Positions 29,825 through 42,265 of a DNA stretch of 64,000 bases are shown piece after piece. The notes below the pieces were generated by a model, which saw only the letters and a program-made list of their open reading frames with translations, was not told the DNA's origin and searched no databases. How positions within the stretch are numbered: position 1 is the first letter of the stretch; every line of letters starts with the position of its first letter. Source of the DNA: the human T2T-CHM13v2.0 reference genome, Homo sapiens; NCBI RefSeq assembly GCF_009914755.1, contig NC_060932.1; one strand, written 5' to 3'. Position numbers and translations under genes: made by a program.

Positions 29825-30403
29825 TACTTAAAGTGGAATCAATCCCAGGCATGGATGGTTAGGGTTAGGGTATCAAACCATGCCTGGGTTTGGGAATCAA
29901 AATGGGTAACATCACTGAAGGTTTTACCCATGCTCTGCCTCATACTAATTATGCAAGGTCAGTCATTGCATGTCTGTTTCATTATTCATGGAATAGAAAT
30001 AAAAATCCCTACCTCTTAAGGGCATTGTGAGTTTTAAATGAGAGAATGTAGTCAAAAAGACTGCACACATTTTAACATGTTTTGTAAATGTTAGGAAGCG
30101 AGCCTATTTTATCTACAGCCAAATGTATGAAAGCAGTGTTTAATAAAATCTTAAATAGACTGAAACCAAGTTAACCAGTTTCCTTAATTAGCAAGATAAC
30201 ATGCTTCTAATTTGCAAAGAAAAAAGAAAATCACAAGAAAATATGCCGACATCTATCTCTTATTAAAAACAAAAGTCTAAGAAATACCCTGGGGCCATAT
30301 TAATTCAATTAGATCCCAAATATCTTTGTATTTCCTCCTGACCTTGAAAATGAAAATTATCACTTATAATTCACGGGGCTAATTTTTTTTTTAAGGGGAG
30401 AGG

Positions 30404-30424
30404 GAGAGAGAGAGAGAGAGAGAG

Positions 30425-30469
<45 letters not shown>
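30404..30469 (+). repeat. Compound microsatellite (GA)~12(GT)~20
   Basis: Directly visible. Confidence 0.97.
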
Positions 30470-30470
<1 letters not shown>

Positions 30471-30614
30471 GGGTGTGAGGGGAGACAGGGCTATTGGCAT
30501 CCAGACATCCTACTAGTAAGATTACTGTTGTCAGGATGCAGTTTGGGAGGAGGTGTAGGGGTAAGAAGAGAGAAGAAACTAAATAAGGGCAAAAGGCTCA
30601 GAAAGTTGCAGTAG

Positions 30615-30825
30615 CATACACTAACATCTGCTTACCATGTGCCACACAGGGCTCTTATGTAAATTCAATTAATCTGCAAAACGACACTGTGAAATACAAC
30701 CATTGCTGTTCCCATTTTACAGATAAGAAATTGAGGCACAAAAATGTTAGGTAACTTGCCAAAGATCACACAGCTAAAAAGTGCTAGGGCCAGTAGTTCA
30801 ACTCAGGCAGTCTAGCTCCAGGTAC
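30615..30825 (-). mobile_element. MIR
   Basis: Core cccattttacagataagaaattgaggcaca...gtaacttgccaaagatcacacagct. Confidence 0.85.
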
Positions 30826-31263
30826 AGATCCAGGGGCGTGATTCATGCATTCTGCATTCTTCAAAATTTTTTTGAACATAGACTCTGACTTAGTGATATA
30901 TCTAAGGTGAGAACAAATATTGATTTGTCATGTACTATGTTCTAGAAACTTTCTATACTTTCTATTATTTCCTAATACTACCATTTTTCCTAATTCTTCT
31001 CCTAATTGAGATGAGTTAAGAACACATATTAAGGTAATCTTTTTTCCTTTCATTCACATTTTGAAAATTAACTTTATGCTCAGAGGTTTATTGTGTTCCC
31101 CAAAGTCACACAGCTCATAAGGTGAAAAGATAAAATTTGATGTCAGGTCTTTTTTACTTTATTTACTTCTCTTGGAATATGAAAACAAATATCCTAGTTA
31201 CATAAGAAACAGATATTTTACCCAGCATTGATATAACAATTGTGATTTTTGGAGGATACACTT

Positions 31264-31720
31264 TGTGTCCATTTGGGATCTCTGAGTAATAAACACCAAA
31301 ATGGAATTCGATGTGCAAGAGGTGTATTGGGGAAATGTCAGTAAATGACAAATGGTGAAGAAAGAAAGAATAAGAGAGACACTTCAGGGTGTGATGCAGA
31401 TGTGGGATCTGTAAAAGGAGAGAGGGAAATGAGGATGATTGGGTAGAAGAGGACTCAAACTGCTGGGAAATTCTGAGAAAATCTTGGCCAGGCCAATGAA
31501 AATATCTCTAGTGAAGACTGACATTAGAGAAATCCTGTGCTGAGTAGAAATGGTCCTGCTGAGTCATTGTCTGTGACCTAGGATCCACTCAGAGATCTCG
31601 TGGCATTGTTGTGAAGACTGTGGCAGGTTCAAAGGTAGAACAAATGGTTGTCAACCAACTACATTTCTCACAGCAGTTCTCTTGAAGGAAAATCTGCGTG
31701 GTACATTTAATAGGCCACTT
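31264..31720 (-). mobile_element. ERVL LTR16-like solo LTR
   Basis: gtgatgcagatgtgggatctgtaaaaggagagagggaa...gattgggtag...ttctgagaaaatcttggccaggccaatg resembles the recalled LTR16A/B sequence. Confidence 0.6.
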
Positions 31721-32461
31721 CAAATTCTTGTGTTCATGTACACACAAGAAGATAATGCATGGAGATAATTTGTTCACTGTGATATTTACCAATGGACTCT
31801 GAATGCAACTTTCCTTCCCATTGGATTCCAGTGCTAAAACAGGAGTGAGGCTCCAGATGTAGAGGGATTTCACTGGAGTTGCCCTGGATATTGTCCAAGT
31901 TACCTGAAAATATATAAGGGAGTGAACAGTAGGAAAAGACACACACACACACAAATATTGTTATGCTCATGCATATTGAGTTTTAGGGAAAGCCAGCAGC
32001 TGGGCCATGTGGCTGAGCAGTTTTTCTATTTACTTATAGCTGGGGTAGAGACAGGGAGTGTCTGATCCGTAACTATGTAAATCTATTAGTCATCTTGGTC
32101 CTATTCCATTATCTGTTGGTGTTTAGTGAGGTTCTCTTAGTGAATGCTGGACTTCCTGGTTGCATCAAGAAGAAACAGAGAAGCAAACTTGTTGTGTATT
32201 TTAGAGAGGGGAGTAGTGGCCTTCTGGAGACCTACAAGGCAGAAGAACCAGAGAGAGAGAGAGACAGAGACAGAGGGTGAGAAACAAAGAGACAGAGAGG
32301 GCTCAGAAAAGATGGAGAAATCCAGGAACATGTTCTTGTTACTTATATAGCTCTTCCTTTTCATTCATTCATTAAAAAACAATATTTTTGGTCCCATATT
32401 GTCCTCAAATCGGTATGTAAGACCCTGCAGATACAACCATCAACAAGAAATATTACCTATT

Positions 32462-32763
<302 letters not shown>

Positions 32764-33785
32764 AAATATTGCCTATTCTCCAGGAGCTTATAGGTCAGTC
32801 AAATCTTCCAAAACCATGGAGGGATTCATGTCTTATTTTAGGGAAGGAGTCTTTGTTCTTGTTGAATTCTTTGAGGAAAGGCAAGGTGATGGAGGAGATG
32901 CAGCAGTTTTGTCAGAGTTACCATTATTCCTCTGCATTGTACATGAAAGGTGACAGAGAATATATGTGCAAACATCTTAACTCAGAATATTCCCTTCTGC
33001 CTTCAAAAGAAAAAAAAAAAAAGAAAAGATTATTAGAACCACCCAGACAAGGAAAATTCAGTTATAGGATCCCCAACAAAGTTACAGAATTTTCATTCTC
33101 TCTCCCTTTCTCTCTCTCTCTCTTCTCCCTCTACTCTCCCTACCCTCTTCACATTTGCTTCTTTTCTGATTAATTGTAGAAATGATATTGGACTGGGAAA
33201 TAGAAGGTCTAAATTGGATCCCAGATTCTCCCCTGCTGAAAAGTAACTTTACTTTTTTGACCCTCAAACTGAATCTCATCATTGTAAAATACCTCTTCAC
33301 GTAATTGAAACTGTTTACAACATCTGACATTTAACAAGTGCCCAATAAATATTACTTCCTTCTCTCCCTGTTCCCTCCTTTCTTACTTTTTTCCTCTATT
33401 GTTTTCTTCAACATGTTTCCAAGGTAAAGTTCAATAATTTTAATGCCATGCATTATTCCTACAAGACATTCAGGTACAAATGCTTGAGGGAAGGTTCTAG
33501 TTAAAAGCCTGGATTCATACATCAAAGCTCACACATGCAAAATTGGGCATAGATTGAGTGGTACTTAACTGAGTAAGCATAAGTATAGCCCAAAGGTAAG
33601 ATCTACAGAACAACTGACAGTTAGTGTCTGCTTCCTGTACCTGCAATTGTTTTTATGCAGTGCCTAGAGTGAGACTCAAGCCAGTGGTAAATAGTACATG
33701 CACAGATTTCTGATGCAAACTTTTGTCTCATACCTCAAACATTTGTGATAAATAAAGTTTGGTTCATTTTTCTTCAATGTCATAT

Positions 33786-34582
33786 TTTTATCGGCGGGTC
33801 TTTGTTCTTAAGAGCTCCCAAGATGGCGGTGGGCCCACTCCCAAGATGGCGGTGGGCCCACTCCCAAGATGGCGGTGGGCCCACTCCCAAGATGGCGGCA
33901 AGTCTTTTGTTCTCTGATCTGGGGTTCTTGGCCTCACGGATTCCAAGGAATGGAACCTTGGGCTATGCGGTGAGTGTTATAGCTCTATTAGAAGCTGTGG
34001 GTCATGGAACAGAACCAGCGACTAGTATTCAGCTTAATTAAGATGAACCCGGGCACTTAGCCACGTAGGAACCATAGCGAGCCTCTAGCCCGATCAGGAG
34101 CAGCAATGGGTGCCTCCTTGGATCAGAAGCACAGCGGACACCCTGCCGGATCCAGAAGGGTGGAAGTCAGTGGCAGGTCTGTGACAATGGCGATCAGCAG
34201 CGGTGGACGGTGAGCGAAAGCTCACCTCAAGCCAGAACAAACACGGACAAGAAGAGAGTGCAGCTGCAAGATTTAACAGAGTCAAAACAGAGCTCTCATA
34301 CAATGGGAGGGGACCCAAAGGGGGTTGCCTGATCAGGCTTGAATGCCTGGGTTTATATCCCAATCATTGTCCCTCCCCCTGTGCTCTCAGGCAATAGATA
34401 ATTGACTATTTCTTTACCTCCTGCTTTTAGCTTAATTGGTATTTTAGTGAGCTTTCTTTACTACCTGATTGTTCAGGAGTGAGCTGAGTTACAAGCCCCA
34501 CGTTTAAAGGTGGGTGTGGTCACCTTCCCCAGCTAGACTTAGGAATTCTTAGCCTAGGAAATCCAGCTGGTCCTGTCTTTCA
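33786..34582 (-). mobile_element. LTR17 (HERV-W) solo LTR
   Basis: Reverse complement begins TGAAAGACAGGACCAGCTGGATTTCCTAGGC...GGAAGGTGACCACACCCACCTTTAAAC (LTR17 U3). Length 797 bp; 4-bp TSD ATAT at 33782-33785 and 34583-34586. Confidence 0.93.
33815..33899 (+). repeat. Perfect 23-bp tandem repeat x3.7, each unit containing CAAGATGGCGG (YY1 motif)
   Basis: ctcccaagatggcggtgggccca at 33815, 33838 and 33861, plus partial ctcccaagatggcggc at 33884. Confidence 0.95.
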
Positions 34583-34715
34583 ATATGAATCTGTGTACAA
34601 AGCCTTCAGTTCTCACCAGTCACTAGGACTGTATGGATCTCCTAGGTCACCATTACTCTTGGTTTTCTCTGGAAAGCCTACTATGCCTTCTTCCTTCAAA
34701 ATTATTTCATTTCTC

Positions 34716-35018
34716 AGCCAGGCATTGTGGCTCATGCCTGTAATCCCAGTACTTTGGGAGGCTGAGGTGGGCAGATTACTTGAGGCCAGGAGTTTGAGAC
34801 CAGTCTGACCAACATGGCGAAACCCAGACTCACTAAAAATACAAAAAAATTAGCCAGGCATGGTGGTGTGTGCCTGTAATTCCAGCTACTCGGGAGTCTG
34901 AGGCAAGACAGTCACTTGAACCTGGGAGGCAAGTTTGCAGTGAGCTGAGATTACACTACCACACTCCAGCCTGGGTGACGAATTGAGACTATCTCAAAAA
35001 AAACAAAAAACAAAAAAC
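34716..35018 (+). mobile_element. Alu (older AluS/J-like)
   Basis: Diverged full dimer with an A/C tail; degenerate TSD attat(t/c)tcat. Confidence 0.93.
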
Positions 35019-35269
35019 ACATTATCTCATGTCTTGACTCCCTGGTAAAGGTTTTTGTTTCTTCATTGCTATCATGGAAGCTGTGTTTTCTTGTCCCTTT
35101 TTAATGCAATTGCAAGGATACTTCTAGGGTTTTCTTTTGATTCACATGATCCTAAAAAGAATTAGGCTTGGCAAGGCTGATAGCCACAGACCCATAAAAA
35201 CCCCTATTTCCATCACACCTCCTTCCAACATCCTGAATGCTGAGGACTAGACTTAAAAAAAGAACAACT

Positions 35270-36040
35270 TTCATTCAGTTTACTAACTCACCAAATATAT
35301 ACTGAACGTCTACCATATGCCACATTCTATATGCTCTAATGATAGGGAATAATTAACAAGTCATGCACTAATTCAATATCGTAAATACAAGAAGCTATAA
35401 GAGGACAAAAACAAGAATCTAGTCATTATTGAGAGGTGAAGAAAGTTAACAAGAGCAGGTGATATTTGAGCTGTCTTAAAAAGGTACAAATGAGTTTGTC
35501 AATCTGACAAAGATGGTGAGAAAATGCATTCCAAACAGAGGAGGAATTATGTAACAAAATTAAAAAGGTCAAAAACACAGCATTTTTGAAAAATAATTAA
35601 GGCAAGAGTCAGGAAAGTAAGAAATAAGGTTTTAAAGATAGCAGAAATGATGAAAAATGCCCAGATTTTGTAATGCTCTGCTAGTTTGTCTTTATTCTAT
35701 AGGCTCTGAGAGCCACTGAAAGTCTTTTAGCTGGTGCATGCATGAATAATCATATTTGTATTTTGAAAATATCTCTCAAGTGGTAAGGAATAAAGATTTT
35801 TAGAAGACAAGTACAGAAGTAAATAAATGAGTTAAGTAGTCACTGTAAACAACGCAGGCCACTGGCAATAAAGATAGCCAGGGAGTTGAAGTGAAAGGAT
35901 TCTTTGGTGGATAAAACACAGGGAGTTAAGGAAAAGTGATTATTTGAGGACAAAGCCCACATTTCTTAAAGTACTTGGGGAAAGCTATTGATACCAAGAC
36001 AAAATTTAGGCTGATAGTTCTTGAAATGCTAAGACAAGTT
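35270..36040 (-). mobile_element. L2 fragment
   Basis: ttcattcag...gcattccaaacagagg...ataggctctgagagccactgaaagtctttt, typical of antisense L2. Boundaries approximate. Confidence 0.55.
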
Positions 36041-36519
36041 AAAATAACCAACATTTATTCAATACTCCCTATGGGTCAAATGCTATTGTCACATGTACTT
36101 GCATGTACTGTAAGTAATTACAATTGTGATGAACACATAAAAAGAGGCAGAAAGTAGAATGGGTATTTGTAGCAAAGATATTGAATATAATTTCAGGAAT
36201 CTTTGATATTGGGGTATGATATTCATCTTAAATTAACCATTACGTATTGGGCTTTCATTACCTGTGAATCTCCTGAAGACGAGGAGAAAATACCCAAGAA
36301 TTAAGCAATTCACTTGTCCACTTGCCAAGCCCCCGTTCAGAGTTATTAAGTTATACCAAGAACATTCCTAGGAGCTGTTTCTGTGTAGTGAAGATAACAA
36401 ACAAATAGGTCGGTAAGGATCTGATTTGTCACAACCGGAATCAGGAGACACTGAGAGAAGCTTGTTGTAAGGTCCATGGGTGCCGTGAGTTGCCTCAGGG
36501 GTTGTGAATTCTATGCTTA

Positions 36520-36750
36520 CCAATATAATACAGTTCCTGAGCACCTGCTATATGCCTGGAACTGTGCTGAGAGCTCTGTATAATCTCATAATAAACCTTC
36601 AAGGTAAGGAAAAACTCTTCCATCTTACTGGTAAAGATATTGAAGCTAAGAGATAAATGACTTTCCCAATACCTTACTGGGAGTTGATGGGGGCCAGAGT
36701 TCACTTCAATGCCTGTTTCCAGACTCCATATTCTTTCCAGAACACTATAT
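36520..36750 (-). mobile_element. MIR
   Basis: tgagcacctgctatatgcctgg...ccatctttactggtaaagatattgaagctaagag. Confidence 0.7.
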
Positions 36751-37322
36751 TGGCTTTATCAATAGTTCAAGAGAGCTCAATGTTGCAAATATTGATTAAA
36801 CATTCTCTTGTGCCAAGCATTGTGTAAGGTTTTTAGGATTCCTGACCCTGAGAAGTGAATAGAATAGAAAGAGCAACAGACATAAGCAGCAATTCAATGC
36901 AAAGAAGTGAGTAGAATGCCTGGAAATGAAGAGGGTGGTTTGGAAATATGAACTTAAGCTGGAGTTCCAGAAAGATTTTCTGGAGCATATGATGCCTTAG
37001 CTGACTCTAGGAGGATCAGTGAGATTTAGTAAGAAAAGGAAGGTGGGTGAGGCAGGAAGTAAGTGGCTGGAGATGATGTGAATCTTGAAGAAGAGCCTAG
37101 ACCAGGTCATAGAGAGGCCATGTGAGGGGTCAAGGTCATGGAGAGATTGAATGCTTCACTAACTCCATCTTTATCTTTGGCAATGATTAGCCCTTGATGT
37201 GTTTCAACTGAGATTTTTGTTAGATCATTTATGATGCATTCAGAATAATGGATTTTAAGAGTGTAAAGGATGAGTGGAGCGCAAGTGATGAGACTGGAGA
37301 CAGAAAAACTGGCTAGCAAGCA

Positions 37323-37850
37323 TGACAGACAGCATTTATGTCTCTCCTGCGTCCATTCATCCCTATTTTGGATAAATCTACTCTAATTGTATTCTAAAGA
37401 ACCACCTCCTCTTTTACTCCCAGTCCATGTGCTTCCATTGGCAGTGTTTTCCTATTAAACTTTAGTGGTGGGCATGTGACTCTGTTTTGGGCAATCAGAG
37501 CATTATGCTCTCTTAACTAAACAATGATTGTTTCAGATTTGGACACAGGACTAATTTGAAGTCTATGAGACGCAATGAGACTTCTACCAAGACTGCTGAG
37601 TAAGGCAGGCACTTTTTCTATTGGGCATGAATCTAAGAGGGTACAGTCTTCTTGTAGGCAGCTTTCTTGTCACCATGCAGAGTCTGGGAATCAAAGCACC
37701 ATGGATATGGCAGAGCCAAGAGAGATAAGCACTGTTGTTCAATGCCTGTCAAGTCATACATGAGAACTATTCAGAAGATTTCTTCAGCTAATAAGTTTTA
37801 CATTTGTTTAAGCCCAAATTGAAGTTGAAATGTCTACTATCTGTGAAAAA
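37323..37850 (+). mobile_element. Old MLT1 (MLT1K/L-like) LTR
   Basis: gtgggcatgtgactctgttttgggcaatcagagc...aataagttttacatttgtttaagcc. Confidence 0.55.
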
Positions 37851-38744
37851 AGAAAAAGACAAGAAAAAAATTCCCATCTACAGAAGCCATCTGCAATAAT
37901 CATGAGGTTTTCAAATATGATATCTGACTATATCACTTCTTTCTAAGCCGCCTCAATTTCCTTACCTAGAAAATAGGTTTGGTTATATAACTTTCAAGGT
38001 GTTTCCCTGTCCAACACTGCATGCCGTGCTGAGTTTAATGCAGATACATTTTTTTTGCAGTCACATAAACTGAAAATGCCTCCTCAACACCCATTTGCAC
38101 TTCCCCAAAGTTGTCTTGGTTCATCCCTGAGCAAAGAACTTTAAATTTAGCCAAGACCCATTAGGGAGATTCATAGCTAAAGGGAAACTTTCAAATGGCT
38201 TCCCAATTATCCTCCTTTCAGGAGAAGTTCATGAGAACCCAGAGCTGACTATATACATCCTCTTCCCTTCACAGTAAGGAAGATTGTTACATGAAAAATT
38301 CATTAGTGCTTTGGGTCTCAAATGCTTAGTTCCCCTGCCACAGAGGGTTCATAACTCCCACTGAAAAGACAGTGAATTTAATCTGCCCAGAAGAATTCAC
38401 CTCTGAATACTCAATCTTGCCAAAACATATACATTTGCTTCTTTGTGACATTCTCCATACCATTACCTGTCTCTTTCCTTTTGTTTGTAGCAATAAGAAC
38501 ATGGAGTGATTATTAACAGATGGTGCAAAATGGAGATTAATTTGAGTTATATGGCATCATCCACAGAGCAGAATTTAAAGTCATGAGCCTATACTTTCAT
38601 GCATAGCAATAGTGCGGTGGGTTACATCTCCCTAGTGCATTTGGAAGCGAGAAAAAACTATCTCCTTTATGATTCAGGCGTGATGGAAATCCTCCCTATA
38701 CTTGCTTAATGAAGTCATGCCTCATAGTTTTCAGATAGCATATT

Positions 38745-39390
38745 CCATTTGATTCAATTCCTTCAGCATTACTGAGCTCTGTTTTAGATGCTGCAAATAT
38801 AAACATGAAAAAGATGTGATTCCAGTCCTAGTGAAACTCAAAATTTTGTGGTGGAGAGAGGCAAGTACACACATACTTAGAGTCCAGCATAGCAAGTACA
38901 ACGAAAAGGGCCTGTGAAAGTACAGGCATTATACAGAGAAGGGAATGATGAACTACAGTGGAAAGAGCTGGAAGAAACAATACCTGGGATGGATTCTGAA
39001 AAATGAGGTGGAATAAACGAACGTGGCAGAGGCTATTATTGTACTACCAGGAGAGAGACCAGCACATGCAAAGACATAGAGACATGATGCAGATTGGCAC
39101 TTTGCTGATGAAAAGTGGTTCATTGGCAGCAGGGTAAAGTGCCAAGAGAGGGGCTGTAATAGGAGAGGAGGCTGAAAAGACTCGAGTTCAGCAGGAGGAG
39201 AAATAGGAGGCAACTTTGATGCAATAGTCTACAGAAAGGCCTGAACAACAGCAGTTGTGGTAGGAATGGGAACTGGAGGCATCGGAGACACATTAGGAAG
39301 TAGGGCTGGAAGGGTTGGGTGACTAAGTACTGTGGGGTTGGAGGTGATAGAGCAGGAAGAGTCAAAGAAGCCTTGTAGGTCTGTCTCAAA
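38745..39390 (-). mobile_element. L2 fragment
   Basis: Purine-rich antisense L2 pattern (ttcattc-like end; cagcacatgcaaagacatagag; gagtcaaagaagcc). Confidence 0.55.
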
Positions 39391-41962
39391 AAGCAATCAC
39401 ACTTGCAACATGCCTTCCTTGAGCACACATTTTCATCTGCTTTGGGCTCTGCAACAAACTTAGCAGGGCTCCTCTTTTGCTATACAATTGGCCCATCATT
39501 TCAGGAACTGAAATTTTCAAATAAAATATTTGAAATGTAATTTTCAAATAAAATATTCAGAAGCCCTCTTAACCTTACACCTAAACCAAGTTTCCTAAGT
39601 TTATTAAAATAAAATAAGTTTCCTAATTTTATTAAAATAGGTGAAAATTTCCATCCCCATCTGCCCGACTCCTGTATCTGTATGTTATTTTATTTGGAAC
39701 TTGGGTGAGGAAGAGAGGAGTACTCCTCATAAGCTTCTTCAAACACCAAAATCTGAGTCCAGATTTCCTTTCTCAACCACACTCAGCCTTCTCTTCATTC
39801 ATTTATTTAAAGAATGAAAATGTTATTGAAGTAAAAATTGAGATCTCCAGTGCTGTTGTGTTTCCCCTTCTGCACTGGGCTCCCTGGCACACACCATCTC
39901 ACTTCCAAAGCATTCCATTCTCCAGCCCTCTGACTTGGCGTAACTACATACAGCACCCCTGAGTTTGTAGAATTCACTCCGTAATGAGCGACTTGGCTGG
40001 TGTTTCCTATTCCTCAGCCAACCATATCATAGATGTTTATTTGCAATGAGCCTTTTCTCAATTTTCCACAATTAATAAGGTTTGGCCACATAGTGGGCAT
40101 CAAAAATAAAAAGATTCCAAATTATTCCATTATCATCTGAAGGAATTAAAATTACTTTCCAGCTGGGTGAAATGATTTCTGAGGGTTTCCTAGGAGGGTT
40201 TAGTTGAATATGTCTTGAAACTGATGATAAACCTAGTAAGCTTAATGATCATTCAATACGTCTTAAAACTTAAAACTACTTCTCCAATGGTGTCAAATGC
40301 ATGCAACTCTTGACTGTTGTAGAAAAGAATCCAGAGATCCCTGCCAACAGAATTCTGTGCATTTAGACTTCTCTTGCTGTTTTTCACTCTATGGGCTTAA
40401 GACATAAAATTCAGATTTCTGTTATCACAAGTTGATTTTTACCCAGTGCCCAAGGGTTGGGGATTAAGTGAATATTTTCAGAGTTTCTAATATATACTAT
40501 ATTTTTAGCTTGAAATACAGTATCTTATTCAATTTTCACATATAACTTTTAAAGGTAAAGGAACCAAAGCTCTGAGAGGTTAGGTGACTTGCCTGATGTA
40601 ACATAAGCTAGTAAGTCTTAATGTAGTAACTGGGAACCAGGGCTTCAACACCCGTATTCTTTGCAAATAAAAAAATACTGCCCTCAATAAAATGTTTTCT
40701 GGTCTAAAATGTGAAATGTGCAATGATGCAGTAATGGGTTTAAATTCTCATGAGGCCTCCATTTTAAACTGTGCATTCTGAAATTAGAAGTGGGCAACCT
40801 TATCAATGGACAGCTTTTTATAGAAGGAATTAACATATTAGAGAAATGTAAAAAGAGTCAAATCACATTCAGTTATAAGCATGGAAAAAAATTACCCATT
40901 CCATATTTAGGAAAATGGTACCATATTAGACAATTCTGGTCAAGTACATCTCTATATCCAAAACTGGAAAAAACCTTTTTATTACAATGAATTTGTTCAT
41001 GGAACTTGAGGTACATCAGAGAAACAGCATAATATTTTATGTGTGTCAGCTCAGAGAAAGAGAGTGTAATCATTGCGTTTAAGTCAATAATGACAATCAA
41101 ACTCTGTAGCATCTTTCTATGTCAATAAAAATAATGATTCCCTTGAACATATATATGGCTATTCATTTAACAACTTCCATTAATGTAGGTTTATTTGATC
41201 GCCACAAAAGTGCTAGCAGGAATTAACATCTTGCTTTTAGCAAAAACAAAATTGAGACTTTTAGAGGTCAAATGCTATATTTGGGCCACAGCAGGTAACT
41301 AGCAATGCTGGGGTTGGTGTCTTGGGTTTTGACTCCTGAGCTCTCCCCTCTAGCACCTACTGCTTCCAGAAAATTACTTTTCCAACTTGTTCGACTCTTT
41401 AAAGAGCATTTGGACTCTATTAGATCATTTTATAGTCCTAGAATGATGTGAGTTCCTGAAGTTGTCTGATGAATAACATTTCTCTTCTCCACTCAGGTTC
41501 TGAAAAGATTGATGAAGGAAAAAAAAATTCCTTGACCAAAAAAGCACTAAATTCCCCCTTCATTACTGAAAAAGACAGAGCTGGAGCATGTATCTTGGAG
41601 TGGGCCTGCTGTCTAAACATCAGGATTAGACTAAATTACCCACAGGGTTATAGGTCACCTTCCATAGGGGCAGGCATCCCAGGCTGGGAAGAGTCTGCCC
41701 CTGAAGGAGGAGCGGTAGAATGTGGTGTCAGAAAGCACAGTTTCAGGGAGAAGAAGGGACGGGCTGAGCTGATCATGCCCGATTTGATTTATGATTCCCA
41801 AATTTACCAGTAAGTTAAATCCCTCTGCCTCCTTTGGGGAAAAATAAATAAAAGGGTAGAGCCTATTACAGCCGGTAAAGCTCCAAATCTTTATAAGAAA
41901 TATAATACTTAGGAAGAAATAAGTAAAGCCTGGCAGTCCTGTATGCTGTTCACTCATTCATT

Positions 41963-42265
41963 TTTTATTTATTTGTTTATTTTTTTGAAACGGAGTCTCG
42001 CTCTGTCACCAGGCTGGAGTGTAATGGCACAATCTCAGCTCACTAAAACCTCTGACTCCCTGGTTCAAGCGATTCTCCTGCCTCAGCCTCCGTAGTAGCT
42101 GTGGTTACAGGCATGAGCCACCATGCCCAACTAATTTTTATATTTTTATTAGGGACGAGGTTTCACCATGTTGGCCAGAAGAGTCTCGATCTCCTGACCT
42201 TGTTATCCACCCACTTTGGCCTCCCAGAATGCTGGGAAAACAGGCATGAGCCACTGCACTGGGCC
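41963..42265 (-). mobile_element. Alu (AluSc-like)
   Basis: ctgtcaccaggctgg and tcgatctcctgacct diagnostics; TSD cactc(a/t)ttcatt at 41951-41962 and 42266-42277. Confidence 0.94.

Noticed and set aside
33815-33899. CRISPR-like array of 23-bp repeats
   Set aside because: The repeats are head-to-tail with no spacers, inside a primate LTR, with no cas genes.
33786-34582. HERV-W processed pseudogene or syncytin-related sequence
   Set aside because: Complete U3-R-U5 solo LTR with a 4-bp TSD, no poly-A tail and no env sequence.
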